Source of the DNA: Camelus ferus
Lineage: Eukaryota
Assembly (NCBI RefSeq): GCF_009834535.1
Contig: NC_045707.1
Span: 54,190,001-54,254,000 of the forward strand
Direction: 5' to 3'
Length of the DNA: 64,000 nt
The translations under genes were made by a program, and so were the position numbers. The notes beneath the pieces are model-generated. The model saw only the letters and a program-made list of their open reading frames with translations. It was not told the origin of the DNA and did no database searches. Shown here in pieces: positions 1 to 14,227 of this stretch (position 1 is the first letter of the stretch; the number at the start of each line of letters is the position of its first letter).

Positions 1-400
1 CTCCCTGATGACTCTCCCTTAGCTCACCTGATCGTCATCTCCAACTATAACAAGACCCTTCTCACTGCCCTCTGCCTCTACTCACTCCCACGCCAAGGCA
101 GCTTTCACACTTACCTGTCTTAAAAAAAAAAGTCAATTCTTATTCCCTGCTTTAAATTTTGTAATTTCCTCTTATTGGTCACAGGACACAGCTTAAATTC
201 ATTAGCCTGAACCATAATGCCTTTCACAATATCTGACAGACGTCCTTCAGGTGTTCCCCACCGTACCCTGTGCTCCAACCACCGCAAATTATGTGAATTT
301 TTTTCAACACATCCTATAATTCCTCACATAGGGGGTTCTGCTCATGTTACACTTTATGCTAAAAGTTCCTTTTACTTTGCTTCTTTATTTAGAAAATTCT
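1..400 (+). mobile_element. L2 LINE fragment (degenerate)
   Basis: Pyrimidine-rich L2-like text (ttattccctgctttaaa...aaattcattagcctgaaccataatgcc). Confidence 0.55.
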
Positions 401-3400
401 GACATCAATGATCCTAAATTGAGGGAGAGGAGGTGTCAAAAAACAACTTGTAAAGTCTAATAAAAAAGATATTGCACCCTTTGTCAGATAAATTCATACC
501 TGCATACACAGTTTTACAGAGAATTTCATGGAATTTGCTCGGCCTTATCCAATTTCATGAATGAAAATAATTTAAATGAGTTGAATGTGAAAATACTACG
601 TGAATATTCCTCCTTCCACTGAGATAGAAAAATCTTGCTATGCATTTTATGACCAATACATAGAACCTAAGTTAAATGGTTTCCAAGGAATTTTGAATAA
701 ACTGGCAGCATTACTAGGTTGATCATGTTTTAAAAACAGATGATAGAGTCTCTAACCAAGTCTGTAGTGTATTAACCAGTTGGCCATTTCATGAAATGGT
801 ACAAACATTCCCTAAAGTCAAATTAGAAAGAACATGAGAGAGTGCTAGGAGTAGTGACGGCCAGAAGACAATCACCTGAGAAAAACAACAACTCAGCAGG
901 TAAAGACCACACAGATCCAACAAGCCATCATCTCTCAACAACTCTCCAGCCTCCTGTTCAACAATTAACCATTCTACAAACATGTATTATGCATCACTCC
1001 ATGTCAGGCATTGTACCAGACAGTAGGATACACAGAATAACACAGAATAATATAAACACTCTCTAATCTTGAGGTTTCATTACCTGCAAGATTACAGCAT
1101 TTTTATATCTAGTTTCCCATGAGATACATTAAGTGAATGACATTCCTCACACACGTACATATACGCTAATGTGAGTCAGAGGAGACAGGCTGGCACTACC
1201 TACAGTCTGAGTTGGAACATCAGTATCCTCAACTCTGATTACCTTGATGAATTTAAAATGCAAAAAGGACACAAAGACATGCTAGCATAGACCCTTCCTA
1301 TCACTAGGTGATAGGAAACAACAAATACAGTGTTTCAACAGAAGCATGGCATGAAATAATCAATCTGACTCATATATGCGAGCTACTGATTATGATTTTT
1401 GCTGCACTGAGTGTTACGAGGTCTCTAAAAGCCAATTCACTGCGCAAAAGGAAATACCGGCTGGTTTCAAATGAAGGGAACTCTCTAAGTCTGAGCTGCA
1501 CAGTCAATCTCCCAACTTTCTAACTTAATTCTGCAGCAGCGGTGTAAAGGACACACCCTCATCCCAAAGATGCTGATCACACGTTGGAAGAAATGTGCTC
1601 CCCACTGAGCAACCGAACCACAGAACTTTTTACTGCATCGAAGAGGAAAAATGTGTTCACTGAAACTCAAGTTTAAAATATATAGTTTCTTAAGCTTGAT
1701 TTCACATTTTTGATACTTCCACATTTTTGAAAACAAAGCAATGACATGTGCATAAACACTTTAAAAACGAGGTTAGGAAAAAAAATAAAAGGACTATGAA
1801 ACAGCAGTTAAAAATCAGACGTGGCTTTCTTGTTAAGCAGTTTTGAGATGTTCATTTACTTCATATTAAATGCAACTCTGAATTTCCAAAAATCTTTTTT
1901 TGAATTTTGTTATTTCCTAAACGTTAAAAGCAACAATCAGCTTCACACAAAACCTCTATGGCATTATTGAATATGCTTAGAACAGGAAAAATACGCATCT
2001 GTGGTTTCTCAACATTATCTTCAGCTATACCTACTTCCACACAGGAAATATAATGAGACAGTGTATAGCCATAAAACCCACAAAATTAACTTCTCAGGGT
2101 GATTCAGTTTTTTTTCAAAGTCATAGAAAATGTCCTTTGGATAGTATTATGCAGAGGCCTTTCTGAAGGAAAACTTAAATATAATTTAGTTTCAGTTGTG
2201 TTACATAGATCAGCCTAAATAAGCAAGTGAAAGGCAGAAACAAGTAAAATGGAATTTAAGACTTTAAATGATTATGAGGCCTTCGAATTTACAAAATACA
2301 TGCAGTTATGTTCACTCATTTAATTTTACAGTCTTAAGAATAATGGAATTTTAATCTCAATTTTACCAATGAGGAAAGTAGGCAAGCCTTGACAGAGCTG
2401 AACAAGCAGCTTAAGGTCAAATATCTTACAACTGTCAGAGTTAGGATTTTCCTACGTAGAGTCCAGGACTCGAACCCATTTAACGTGGTGACTGAGAATC
2501 TCATCAACAATGGGAAAAATATCAGCCCTTAAAAAAAAAAAAAAGTCAAAACGAACAACCCACGAGGACAAATCCCCTAAAGTAATTTGCAAGATCCGGA
2601 AAGAGCTTGATACCCTGTATGTCATCCTCTAAGTCCCCTGTGGGCATGATGCTGTTCTCAGTGCGTCTCAGTACATACAGAACAATAAATAAAAAACAGA
2701 TCTTCCTGACATTTTCGGATAGAATGTAAATTAATAATAGGGAAGTGAAAAACTAAGTTTAGCAAGATTTTGTCATCCCCCTGAGTAACATTAAACCAAA
2801 GATAACGACTCTGAATCTGACCATCTAGCAAGTAGTTCTCCTTCCTAAGAGACACATGGTCTAAATCAGTAACTCTTAATACACATGCCAGGGGAGACCC
2901 AGGAGACGCTTCACCTGCCATGTTATCCCACAGCTGCCGCACAGCCATTCCTACCTAATCCGTTACTGCTGGGACCGCAATTCTCCATACACTCAGGCAG
3001 TTAGCACACCTCCAGGCCTAGTATTTGAGAAAGGAATCAAGAGTTCACCCATCAGTGATGTTCGCACACATACTCTGTCTCCTTCCTTTCCTCTAGCTGT
3101 CTTCAGGTCATCAAAATAAGCAAACTTACTTACTTATGGACATTCAACCTGAATTAGGATAGATAGCTCATAAAGGTCAGAATTAAGCGAGCTTTCTGAT
3201 GAGCTCTGAGAGAACAAATATTAAAAGAAGATGCATAAATTAGACAGGAGGTTTGCAGATAGAAACACTATTATTATTAGATGGAAGATCAGGAACTCAA
3301 TGTGTTTTCTTGTTTGAAAGGAAAGTTACTCCACTGCTACACAAAGAATGCTGCAGTTGCCAGGAGTAAATACGGCCTTATTAACCCAGTTTTGTTTTTT

Positions 3401-6400
3401 TTTAAATGCACTGTAGACTTCTAAGGAGTCAATTTAGAGGCTAAAGCATGAGTTTAGCAAAAAAGTGAAAAAAGTTTTGAAGATATTTAGTAAAGAATTC
3501 AGCCTTTAGCAGAGCGTTGATCACATAGTAGATATCAGATATTATTTGTTGAATGACCTGGGAAAATTACTGCAGGGTCGTTTGAACAATTATGAGAACA
3601 ACGCTGATCAATTACTTCAATTTAATCCATCATACACTTACTGAGTGCCCACTAGGTATAAGTCAATCAACATACATTGTTGCATGGTGAAAATTCAAAG
3701 TTAGATTAAAAAAATACTAACTTTTCTAAGGAAATTGCACCCTGATATTTTCATTTCTCTGTTAGGGGATGGGTTTCAGTCACAAGTGCAAGAAAATTGT
3801 AGCAGATAGCAAGAAGAAACCTGATATTCTGAGACATAGAGGAAGAGGTAACTAGAGAAATTTAACGTATCTGTTTTTTTAAATATGTGCATATTTCATT
3901 ATATATTATATAATATGTTGTAATATGGATTTTAAATTTTTGCAAAATATTTTTACTGTTAGACAATGAGATTTTATGCAAAATTACAGCAGAGCCATTA
4001 TTATTTAAAAAAATACACATTTTAGATAAAATAGCAAGTTAGAAAAATATAAGTCAACACAGAAAAATCTGTATTATTGATTTCTTGTGATAATTTTTAC
4101 AGAAAATGACCATTTTCTATTCCTGATTACAACTGTTATTCTCTGCGCCCCCACTGAAATGCTTTTACATGGGAGATGTGTTAAAACTCTATTAAAGTTA
4201 GTCAATTATAGATAATCCATTGGCTAAATGAAGCTTCTAACAACAGACTAAAGTGATCGCTGCTGGAAATAGGGTTTAGATTGAATATATTCAAGAGAAT
4301 GTGCTCCCTATTGACTGGTACTTAGAGATCTTGATCATTTTAGTTTTAATTTAGAAACTATAGTTGGTGTCCCAAAACTCTACTTGAAATTTCTTTATTA
4401 GCCCTTTTCACAAGGGAGCCAAACTGTTACTTCCTTATAACTGCCCTGCAATTTTCGGGGATTACTCTAAGTGTGAATTGCCAAGTATTCCTTCCAGCTG
4501 CCTCCCGTCAGGCTATAATCCCATACTGAGCCTTGTCAGAGGTCACTGGGCTCTTGGCTAATGCATTTCATTAGAGGGTGGAAAGCAGAGGGTCTCCAGC
4601 ACACAAATGGCGGAAGACATACAGCAGAACTGGGCACTACTTTAAAAAAAAAAAAAAAAAAAACACTAAACTTTAAATCCATGAATTTTTAAAAAGTCTC
4701 TTTCAGTATGTTTTTAATTATTCAGAACAAAAGTTACTATAGCAAATGTTTATAATCACTTGACATGATTTTTCAATATCTGATAAATTTTGGAATTCAA
4801 ACTTTCAAGCTAGGAACAGTGACAGATGGATCATTGTTAAGAAAATTATTTCTACCAGCAAACCCGGTTTTCACAATTGCCCCTTAAATCCGTTTTTAGA
4901 ATATTTAAATGTTTACTCTCCCCTGATATTTAATATGTTGTTGCATTTAGTTAAATCCTTGAGACCCCTTATCCTGAAATCTACTTTCAGTGAAGGTAGA
5001 AATCTGAAAATATTGAAAGTGGTAAAATTTAAATTTCAAAAGGTCCGTCTTGTGGAATCCTTTGATACATGAACACTGGTTGTCTCAACAAGATATAATT
5101 AGGTAAAAATGTCCACCATCTGTGAGTAGGTGTTTGAAGAATTGCTCTTTAAAGCACACTGCTACGTATTTGTTCTCTGTTTGCTTTTGATGATGTTTCT
5201 GTTCTTATTTTTGTGATTTAGCGTTATAGGAACAATCTTGAAAGACTATTCTTTAGAGAGATACTAATGTTCATTATGAAACATGCTAAGAAATACTTTT
5301 TTTGTTACTTCCACTGCCAAATTTAAATAATCTTAGCAGAAGTTAGGAAAAAATATGAATCTATGAAATCACATTATATTGAATAAGCTAGAAGAAGGTT
5401 CATTCCTACATAGGGAAAAATTATTTGGGGAAAAGAATCATGACTTTTAATCACACCTGTTTAAACTACAGAATTAAACTACGCTGTCAAGAATTGTAAA
5501 ATGAAATAACCTGTATCTGACAACCACCCTGTCTCAATTGACAAATAGGTTTATCTCTTTGAGAAAAATCTTCTTTCCTTTAGGAGATGGTTTACTCTAA
5601 ATGCCCCTTAAAAAGAAAACAGATAAAATACATCAAAACATGTTGCAAAATTTAAAGAAGTCATGTATTTAAACGTTAATGTTTTGCTTGCCCACCTGAA
5701 ATGACTACAGTCTGCATTTTTCTTCTTGAATTAACCAATTGATTCCATATCTGTCACAAGGAGTCACCTCTATAGGGAAACTAGAGTGACCCACCTATTC
5801 CCTTAGCTGTTTTTTAGACTGAATAGGCAAATAGGAATTTTTTAGAGCAGCAATGCTTTGGGTATGTTTTTGTCACTTCTATGTTATTATTTTATTCTCC
5901 ATTTCCTCTGGAAAATGGAAATACACACATTTATGTATGTAGAATATATATATCTCCTAATTCGGGGGAGAGGCTGGGGACAATTTAAAAATTCATAAAC
6001 ATCATGATTAAAACTTACTAAGGTAAAATTAGTAAAAACTGTGGCACAGTCTCACTAATATTCATACATTTCGGTCAAAGAAACCCTAAAGTGTGCAATT
6101 ATTTCTCAATCACAGTTTAAAAATCATTTATCAAATCAGAGCTTAAAGTAATATCTACTGGTTTCTCATAATTACTTAAGGCTCTTTCTGGTTTAGAACA
6201 GAAGCTTATAAGCTGATGTCACTGAGTTTTCCTAAAGATATTCTCTTTTCAAAATATTTTAGACACCCAGAATTATTTCATGACATTTTGATACGGTATC
6301 ACAATTTCTTTCTCACCATAGTTTGCAGTCACCTGCCAGACCTCCATGGTGGTGGAACTGAATAACGTTTTTTTCTAAAATCCCAAGGCTTCAAATTAGG

Positions 6401-7799
6401 GATCAGGAGTAAGCTCTTCTCAACAGAGGGCTCATGGGTCTGGAATTTAATTAAAGTTCTTCTAGTGTCTGAAACGTTCTCAGTTTTCCTTCTTTCACCT
6501 ACATACAGGAATTAGTTTAAAATTAAACATTTCTTTCAAGGAAAGTCTTGAATATTCAACTTCACATTTGAAAATGAATTCTGTCCATACTTAAAATAGA
6601 TGAATTATTGGAAATTATAGAATGTGAAATATAATGCATCATTGAAATACTAAAAAAAAAGATGATGATGTTGCAATATATTGGTATGCGGATATTAGAT
6701 TGTAGACCTTCTAGTTCATATTACTTGCAGCACAAGAAATGTCTGAATTTGTAGCAAGGTGGGCCCCAGTTCCAACCGAGATTCATTCCCACTGAAATAA
6801 TCCAGAGTAGTGGTTTCTTAAATATTCCAAATATAAAATGGCAACTTTATAGTTCTTAAATTCAAGTAGAATGATTGTAGTTTTGAAGATATTTTGTCTT
6901 TTTAATAGATTAATATACTTGTACGGTATAAGCAAATGAGGGATCAAGAAAACATGTACTTTGAAGAATGAGGAAACAAGAGCTATTTTACCAGGAGCAA
7001 GGAAGACTTGAAGGCCAGCAAGGCAGGCATTTCAAAGCTTTCTTCATCATTTGAACGGGCATTACATAGAAAAGGTGATGTATCCTTTGTCTTGTGCCAA
7101 CATGTCGAAATAGTACTAATGATTAGAAGTCAGAGAAATAGACATTTTGATTCAATTAAATTATCTAACATGGAGAAAAGTAATCTCAAAAAGTAGCAAA
7201 GACCTCTGTATGGTTTAAGGAAACCGGGCAGCTGTGGATCAAGAACCTGCAGGGATTCCTGCAGTGGGAGGGAGCGGGGATAACAGCCTCTAGGACCTCT
7301 TTCAACCCTGCAGTTCTTTGCTCTGTGTGTAGGTATACGATGAAAGAATGCAAGCAAGCTTGCAACTGTGACGTGAAAAAAAATCCCTGCAATCTGCTTC
7401 TATGCCTATCATTTGCTACAAGCTTGAATTGCAAATCTGAAGTATAATAAGAATAGAGAAAAACCTTTTATGAGAAATTTTAAAATAATAAATTAAAAAC
7501 GAGCATATATATTTTGACCTTTAAAAATAACACTGGCTGGTCTTCCTTTTGCTTCTTCTTGCTTCTCTTCTGTTTATCAAGGCAAGAGCAGGGATAAACT
7601 GCAAATGAGATGAGCCTTTTCTTATACCAGGAAGCAGGAAGTGCTTTATGAATGATGAGGACATGTTCAAAGGATACATGAAAGGGGCTATGAGTGACCA
7701 GATCTCGAAAAATTTGAATATCAAAATAATTGATAGAAACAGGTCATAATACATTGACCAAAAAAAGAAAAAAAAAGAAGAAACCCTGAGACGATATTG

Positions 7800-8475
7800 T
7801 TATAGAGATGGATTCATTGAATTTTTGTTGAGGAATGGGATAATGACATTGTGTGTACAAACTACTTATTAATTATAAAGGGTAAAAGATTAGCTTTGCA
7901 GTGGAGACATCTCCCTCAATCAAGTGATCAAAACGAGTATCATCAGCATGGAGCTAACTGAAGTTGTTGTATACCACCACCTAACAGGGTGCAGTGAGAA
8001 GAAGCCAGTGATATGTCGATGACACATAACCTGAACCTAATCACTGGGAAACATTAGGCAAACTCAATGTGAGAGACACTTCAACAAAATAAATTGCTTG
8101 TCGTCTTCCAAAGTGTCACAATCTTGAAAGTTGAGGAACTTTTCCATAATGAAAAAACTAAAGTGCAATGACAGCCAAATATAACACATGATTCTGAACT
8201 GAACTCTTGAGCTATAACAGACGTTGCTGAAACAACTAGAAAAATGTGAATGAGGTCTGAGGATTAAATGGCAATAACGTACTGATGTTACTTTCCTGAT
8301 TGCGAGGCTTGTATTGTGGTTACGTAGGATGCTGCTGGTAATGAATGCACACCAAAATGTTTGAGGGTGATGGGGTAACATGTTGGAACCATACACTTAA
8401 ATAGGTCAGAAAAAAAAAATTCCCCAGTGCTGTGTACTTTAAACTTTTCTGTAGCTTTGTGATTGTTCACAATAA
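7800..8475 (+). mobile_element. Old L1 3' end (L1MC4/L1MC5-like)
   Basis: Characteristic 3'UTR motifs: caagtgatcaaa, aacctaatcactgggaaacatt, gtattgtggttacgtagga, aacttttctgtag. Confidence 0.7.
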
Positions 8476-8679
8476 TATATATATGAAATTTCCATCATCA
8501 TATTATTACAATTCATCTTCTTTTGGCTCTGTATGTGTAAGGGTTGCTATCTACTAAAGTTATATAATAATAGCATAGATTTATTTGTAATTAGTGATCT
8601 TTCCATTTTGAAAGTTTTCCAGTCCAGGATCAATGATCATCTTTTATAAATATTAAAGAAGAAACTTAGACATTAGCAA

Positions 8680-9110
8680 GAGACTTTGGATAGAGCAGGG
8701 AACACTTGGGCCTTAGACTATCCCTGTGGTACACCTAATTAGATTGTTCATCTCAAGCATATCGTTTAGCCTCTGTGCATAAATGTTTCCATTTTTTAAA
8801 TGAAGCAAATACTACCAATCTAGCTAGGCTCTTGCAGGCATCAAATGAATCAACCCATCAAGGGGCCCTAGTATAATGCCTAACATGTAGTTGATATCAA
8901 CCCATCCATTTCACTCATTCACCAAATTTTTATTGAGTAGCATTTGAGTTGCTGGCATAAATTCTGCACTGGGACTACAAAGATAAACAAGACACATCTG
9001 TTTCCTCAAGAATTTCATAACCTAGTGGGTAAAACATACAGTTTATGATATATGGAGATAAATGAAATGAGAAGGTATGTAACAGGATATCATGGAAGAA
9101 CATCAAATAG
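8680..9110. mobile_element. MIR plus L2 3'-end fragments
   Basis: MIR core-like text (cctctgtgcataaatgtttccatttt) followed by reverse L2 tail cattcaccaaatttttattgagta. Confidence 0.5.
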
Positions 9111-9249
9111 AGACACTAACCACATATAAAATATCTCATCCTCATAATGAACCACTAAGGTAGGTCCCACTGATGAGTCTACTTTACAGGTCCTGAGCTT
9201 TTCTGCCTGTATGTATTCACACACTGACTTCATCTCATCTTACTCTTTT

Positions 9250-10235
9250 GAATACTATTTACATGCGGAACCGACTTCCTTACTTGCATCTCCAAGTCAG
9301 ACCTTTCCTTCTGAACTTACCATTTATGTATCTCACTGCCTTGGATGTAAATAGGACTTTCAAACAACAAACTGAGCTAGCTTCCATCCGTAGTCAACAA
9401 AATTTGCTCCACAGCCTTTCCCCTATCGGTTAATGTTGACTCTTTCTGCTCAATCACACCAGAAATCGTCTGAGTTATTCATGACTTTTCTTTTACTCCC
9501 CACAAGCCATCCACATAAAAGCTAGCTAGCTCTATTTTCACAAATAGATTCTCGGATCTGACCTCTTAATTATTATCACCATTGCTACCACCTAGTCAAA
9601 AGCCTCTTCTTAAAGTCTTGGCTGAATTTTTGCAGTAGATTCCTTACTGGACTCATTCTTCTGTCCTCACCCCATTTCAGTCTACTTTTAACACAGCAAC
9701 CAGAGTGATCCTAGGAAACCAGAAGTCCTATCAGACCACATACAACTCTGCTCAAACCATTTTCATTGGTTCCCAACTCACTCAAATAAAATCAAAGTCC
9801 CAGAAACTACCACAGGGGCCTGTAAGTCATCCACCTTCCCCTCCTTTTCTGCTGCTCAGAGCTTTTGCATTTGCTACTTCCTTCTTAGAAAGCTCTTTTC
9901 CCTCCATTTGTAAAACCTTCTCCCTCTCCTCCTAAGGTCTCCTCTCAAATGTATCCTCAGGGGGACCTTCCCTCATGTCTGTTAAAAACTCACCCCCACG
10001 TACCCCCGGCATTCCATATCTGCCTCCTTGTTTCTCCCTCGTTTTTCCTCAGAGTACTTTGCTCACATCTGCATATTTTCGTCATTGTCATCTCATGTCT
10101 GCCTTCTCCCACCAGAATGTAAGGCCCACGACAGAAGGAATTCTTGTCTGTGTTATTCACTGCTCTTTCCTGAGCACCTGATACAGTGCCTGGCACACAC
10201 TAGGCACTTAATAAATACATCTCAAATGTTTGATC
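9250..10235 (+). mobile_element. L2 LINE 3' portion (L2a/b-like)
   Basis: cagcaaccagagtgatcc...ccaccagaatgtaagg...acagtgcctggcacacactaggcacttaataaata, the typical L2 3' end. Confidence 0.8.
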
Positions 10236-11149
10236 ACACCTGCCTCATCTAGCAAGAGGCAGTAATTAGAACTGAAACCCAGGGATCTGATTCCACGGTC
10301 GGTGCTCTTACCCTTTGTACTATACTCTTGAGATGACCTTTAGCTCCTCTCCATCTCAACCCTGAATACCGATTCTTTTCACCGCTCTCCATAACCTGGA
10401 CCACCTCCGAGAAGTTCTCTGGTGCTGCAGCTCTGACAGTATGTGTAAATTGAACTGATGGATGCAGAATATTGTTGTAGAAGAGGGGTGGCTATAAGAG
10501 GGGATGCATTATTGGAGGAGCTTAGATGTCAAATAGGAAGATACCTGACTCTGTGTCAGGTCACGACAAAACTTCCTATGCTTCTAGAGTCAGCGTCTAT
10601 GTATATGTGCTCCGGAAGCACAGCCAGTGCATTTAGGAAACAGTTTCTAAGCACTAGAAAACGTTATGCTTTACAGATTACTTTTAACATACACAGACAC
10701 ATCCCACTCCTCCCTCCCCCTAAATTGGCACTGATATTCCATAATATTCTACTCCCTAAACATAGACACACCTGCATAGGTTAGTATGAAAGCCAAGTTG
10801 ACAGCATGTTTTATGCACTGGCTTATTTCTTGGCCAAAGATTTGTTTTCTGTCATGGAGACCAGGCTTTGGAGCTGTTTTTAATGCAACATAATAGAACA
10901 CATATCGAGAGATCTCAGCCAACATACAAAGTGTATATTGAACACCTCCTCTGTCCAAGGTGCAATGAGGCTGGAGAGAAGGGTAAAACAAAGTCGTGTC
11001 CAGGAGTTTGCAGTTTGGATGAGGAAAGAAAACTAGTAGATACGTAAAATAATTATCAGATAACTAAGAGACAAGCTGTAACTGACAAAAAGAATTCAAA
11101 TAAAAAGATGAAACTGAACCCAAGTCGTTAATGCAGGCCCTGTGAAGGA

Positions 11150-11285
11150 AGGAAAAGAACACTTAGTAAGCACCTGCTGTGTGCCAGGTGCTTTGCATAT
11201 ATTGCCTCACTTAATCATCACAGTAACCATATGGGGTCTGAATGATTCCGTTATTTTTATAGATGAGGAAATTGCATTGAGGTTA
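11150..11285 (-). mobile_element. MIR SINE
   Basis: gcacctgctgtgtgccagg...ttatttttatagatgaggaaa MIR core. Confidence 0.7.
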
Positions 11286-11650
11286 GTCCAGCAAGAATTT
11301 ATTGCCAGGTTATTACAAACACTTTATATCTTCAGCTTGGCATCGTGTTCCTGGCCGAAGATACAAAACGATGGTTTTCTGCCCTTTAGGAAACTGCAGT
11401 CTTGGCTGAAGAGGTGGGTAACAAGATAGGTGAACATAATTTCAATCGAATGTTGAATCCCACTAATGAGACTCAGCTGACATTCTGTGGGCACACAAAG
11501 CTTCTACCCAAAAATGTGGGTCCCAAGGAGGTTTTTCTGGAAGAGAAGTGTGCCTCTACTGAATCTTGAATGATGATGTCAGTGAAACTGGTTTTCCAGC
11601 AAAGGGGATGGCAAGACCAAAGCCACAGAGTTCTGACACTTCATGGCAGG

Positions 11651-12064
11651 TATATTGGTCAAAGTCATGGTAACTGTTGTAAGAAACCAACTCGAAAATG
11701 TACATTGACTCAAACTTGATAGAAGCTGACTTTTCTCATGATTGTGCTGTCAAAGTGAGTGCTCTGATGTCAAAGAGTTTCTTCTGAAAGTGATGGTTTA
11801 GAGACCCAGGGTCTTCCCATTTTAAATCTCCACCGTCGTCAACATGTGTCTTCCAAGGTCTTCAAACTGGGGCATCAGGTTGAAAGAAAGGTGAGAGAAA
11901 CAATGGGAGGTTCCTTTCAGTCCTGGAAGCACTTGACCTCACTGCCATTTTCCCAGAACACAGTGGCCACGCCTATCTGCAAGGGAGACTGAGAAATACA
12001 TTCTATCTTTTTTCACAGGAAGGGAAAAAATTGTTTCCTGAACACATAGTGATGTCGGCCATCA
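11651..12064 (-). mobile_element. Old MaLR solo LTR (MLT1J/K-like)
   Basis: MLT1-like motifs such as cagtggccacgcctatctgcaagggagactgagaaatac. Confidence 0.6.
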
Positions 12065-12722
12065 TGTATAAATTCTGTTATTGCTGCGGAATAAGGTTCA
12101 GGGAGAGAGAAAGAAACAGCCTCATCATTGACAACTTTTCATTTCATGATAAGAAATTTCAGTTCGAATCAACAAACATTTATTGAGCATAGCCAGAAAC
12201 TATATTAGGTCGTAGAAGGCAAAGAATTAAATCCCAAGCTTTGCCATCAAGATAGGATAACACAGAAAAGGACATTGATAAGAGTATTTTCATTTTTTCT
12301 TGTAGGTGATGGAGACATGGGGAAAGGAGGAGCACAGAAATAAGGGAATGGCATGATCTGACTTGCTCTCTATGGGTGATTTAGGTGACAGTAAGCATGA
12401 TGCATTTGAGAGTGAAAGGCTAAAGGGAAAAAGAAAAAAAAACTGACTTAAAATAGGTGAGTGTTAGTGGAATGGAAAGAAAAAATTAAAAGCAGGAGGT
12501 GATAATTTACTATATGTGGAGAATGGAGGAAAAGTCAAGATGAATCGTAGGTTTCTGGCTTGGGTAAATGAGGGGGTGGCTTTACTGACAACAAAGATGT
12601 GGAATACAAAAGGAGAATTTGGCCTAGGAGATAGGATAGCAAAGTGAATTCAGTTTTGACAAATTTAATTTGAAATGCCTGTGAAACATCCAGTTGGAGA
12701 TACTCGTCTGAATCCTGGGTAG

Positions 12723-13180
12723 TGTGGTAAGCTGCAGAATGACCCCCCTAAAGATTTCCACACCGTCATCCCATGGAAGCTTACCTGGTAAGAGAGACTT
12801 TGCAGAAGTGAATTAGTTAAGAAGCTTGAGGTGGGAAGATTATCTTAGATTATCCAGGTGAGCACACTGTCATCACAAGGGACCTTAGAAGAAAGTATCG
12901 GAGAGAGAGGAAAAGAGGATGGAAGCAGAGATCAGAGAAGAGAGGAAATGCCAGGCTGCTGCCTTTGAATGTAGAGGAAGTGGCCCTGAGCCAAGGAGTG
13001 TAGGCTTGGAAGGAGAGGTGGGAAAGGCATGGAATAGACTCTCCCATCAAACCTACTGACACCTTGACTTTAGCCCAACAAAACTGATTTTAGACTTCTT
13101 ACCTCCAGAACTGCAAGAGAACAACTTTGTGTTATTTTAAGCCACTTTGTGACAGTTGTAGCAGCTAGGAAACTAACACA
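12723..13180 (+). mobile_element. MaLR solo LTR (MLT1C/D-like) with near-intact 5-bp TSD
   Basis: Starts TGTGGT, ends ggaaactaacaCA; contains gactttgcaga and acctccagaactgcaagagaa. Flanks are GGTAG and GGTAC. Confidence 0.85.
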
Positions 13181-13432
13181 GGTACAAATATTCATTTCTC
13201 AGGAATAAACATGTAGGTAAGTTAAAACCATGAAGTCAGTGGAGGCTTGGGTGCGCGGAGCTCAAGCTACTGCAGCTGTGGCCACCGCCGGAGGAACCTT
13301 GTTCCCCATGCTCCCAACACCTTGACTTTAAGGATCAATCAGAGGACAAATACTTATGAGGGTTGACCAAGAATTGATGAGCAGCACAGTAACAGAAGAA
13401 CCGGGGGAACCGTGGCATCACAGATCTCAAAG

Positions 13433-14227
13433 TGGGGAGGAGGGAGGTTCCCCCCACCTGCAACAAGCAATGCTCTGGACACCAGCAGGGTGACCTCCAA
13501 TTCAACTCCACTCTGACACTATTTACCTAGAGATAGCATCAGATTCTGCAGGTTAAGGGTTTCAACTTACAAGACTGATGCCCACCCCTCCAAACCTGCC
13601 GTCCACTTCAGAGGCCAGCTGCAAGACCAAGTTGTTATCTGTGCTTGTAAATGACCAGCTACAGATCAGAGGGTTCCACACCCTCTTCCTTGGATCTCAG
13701 ATGCCAGTCAACAAGTCCAGGTTGTCTCCTGTAGTTCTGAAGGAATGGCTAAAAAACAGAGGTTTCCAAAACCCTCCTCCTCGGGTTCATTAATTTGCTA
13801 AAGAAGTTCACAGAACTTAGAAAAAAATATTTACCTTCTAGCTTCCATAATTAGCTTCCATGTTCTCTCCAGGCGTGCCACTCACCCAGCACCTACGTCT
13901 GTTTACCAACCCAGAAGTTCTCCGAACCCTGTCCTTTTGGGGTTTTATGAAGGTTTCATTATATAGTCACGACTGATCAAATCATTGGCCATTGGTTCCC
14001 TGGCGGTTGGGGGTGTGGTACTGACAGTTCCAACCCTCTAATCACATGATTGGCTCCCTTTGACTTTCCATAGGATACCTAAGGGCTTTCCAGAAGTCAC
14101 CTATTAACATAACAAATGACACCTTTATTGCTCTTATTACAGGTGATTCCAAGGGATCTCAGGAGCTCTGTGCCCGGAACTGGGTTGAAGACCAAATATA
14201 TTTCTTATTATAAATCACAATATCACA
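13433..14227 (-). mobile_element. MER21-family solo LTR (MER21B-like)
   Basis: Minus strand begins TGTGATATTGTGATTTATAATAAGAAATATATTTGGTCTTC, recalled as the MER21 5' end. Left boundary approximate. Confidence 0.8.

Larger units (their letters stand above)
11286..13430 (-). mobile_element. Fragmented L2 LINE interrupted by two MaLR LTRs
   Basis: L2 reverse-strand motifs: aacaaacatttattgagc (12170), ggtttctggcttggg (12550), gttttgacaaatttaatttgaaatgcctgtgaaacatcc (12653). Confidence 0.6.

Noticed and set aside
10245..10265. CTCF-like TAGCAAGAGGCAGTA
   Set aside because: Explained by MIR-derived sequence and a poor match to the core.
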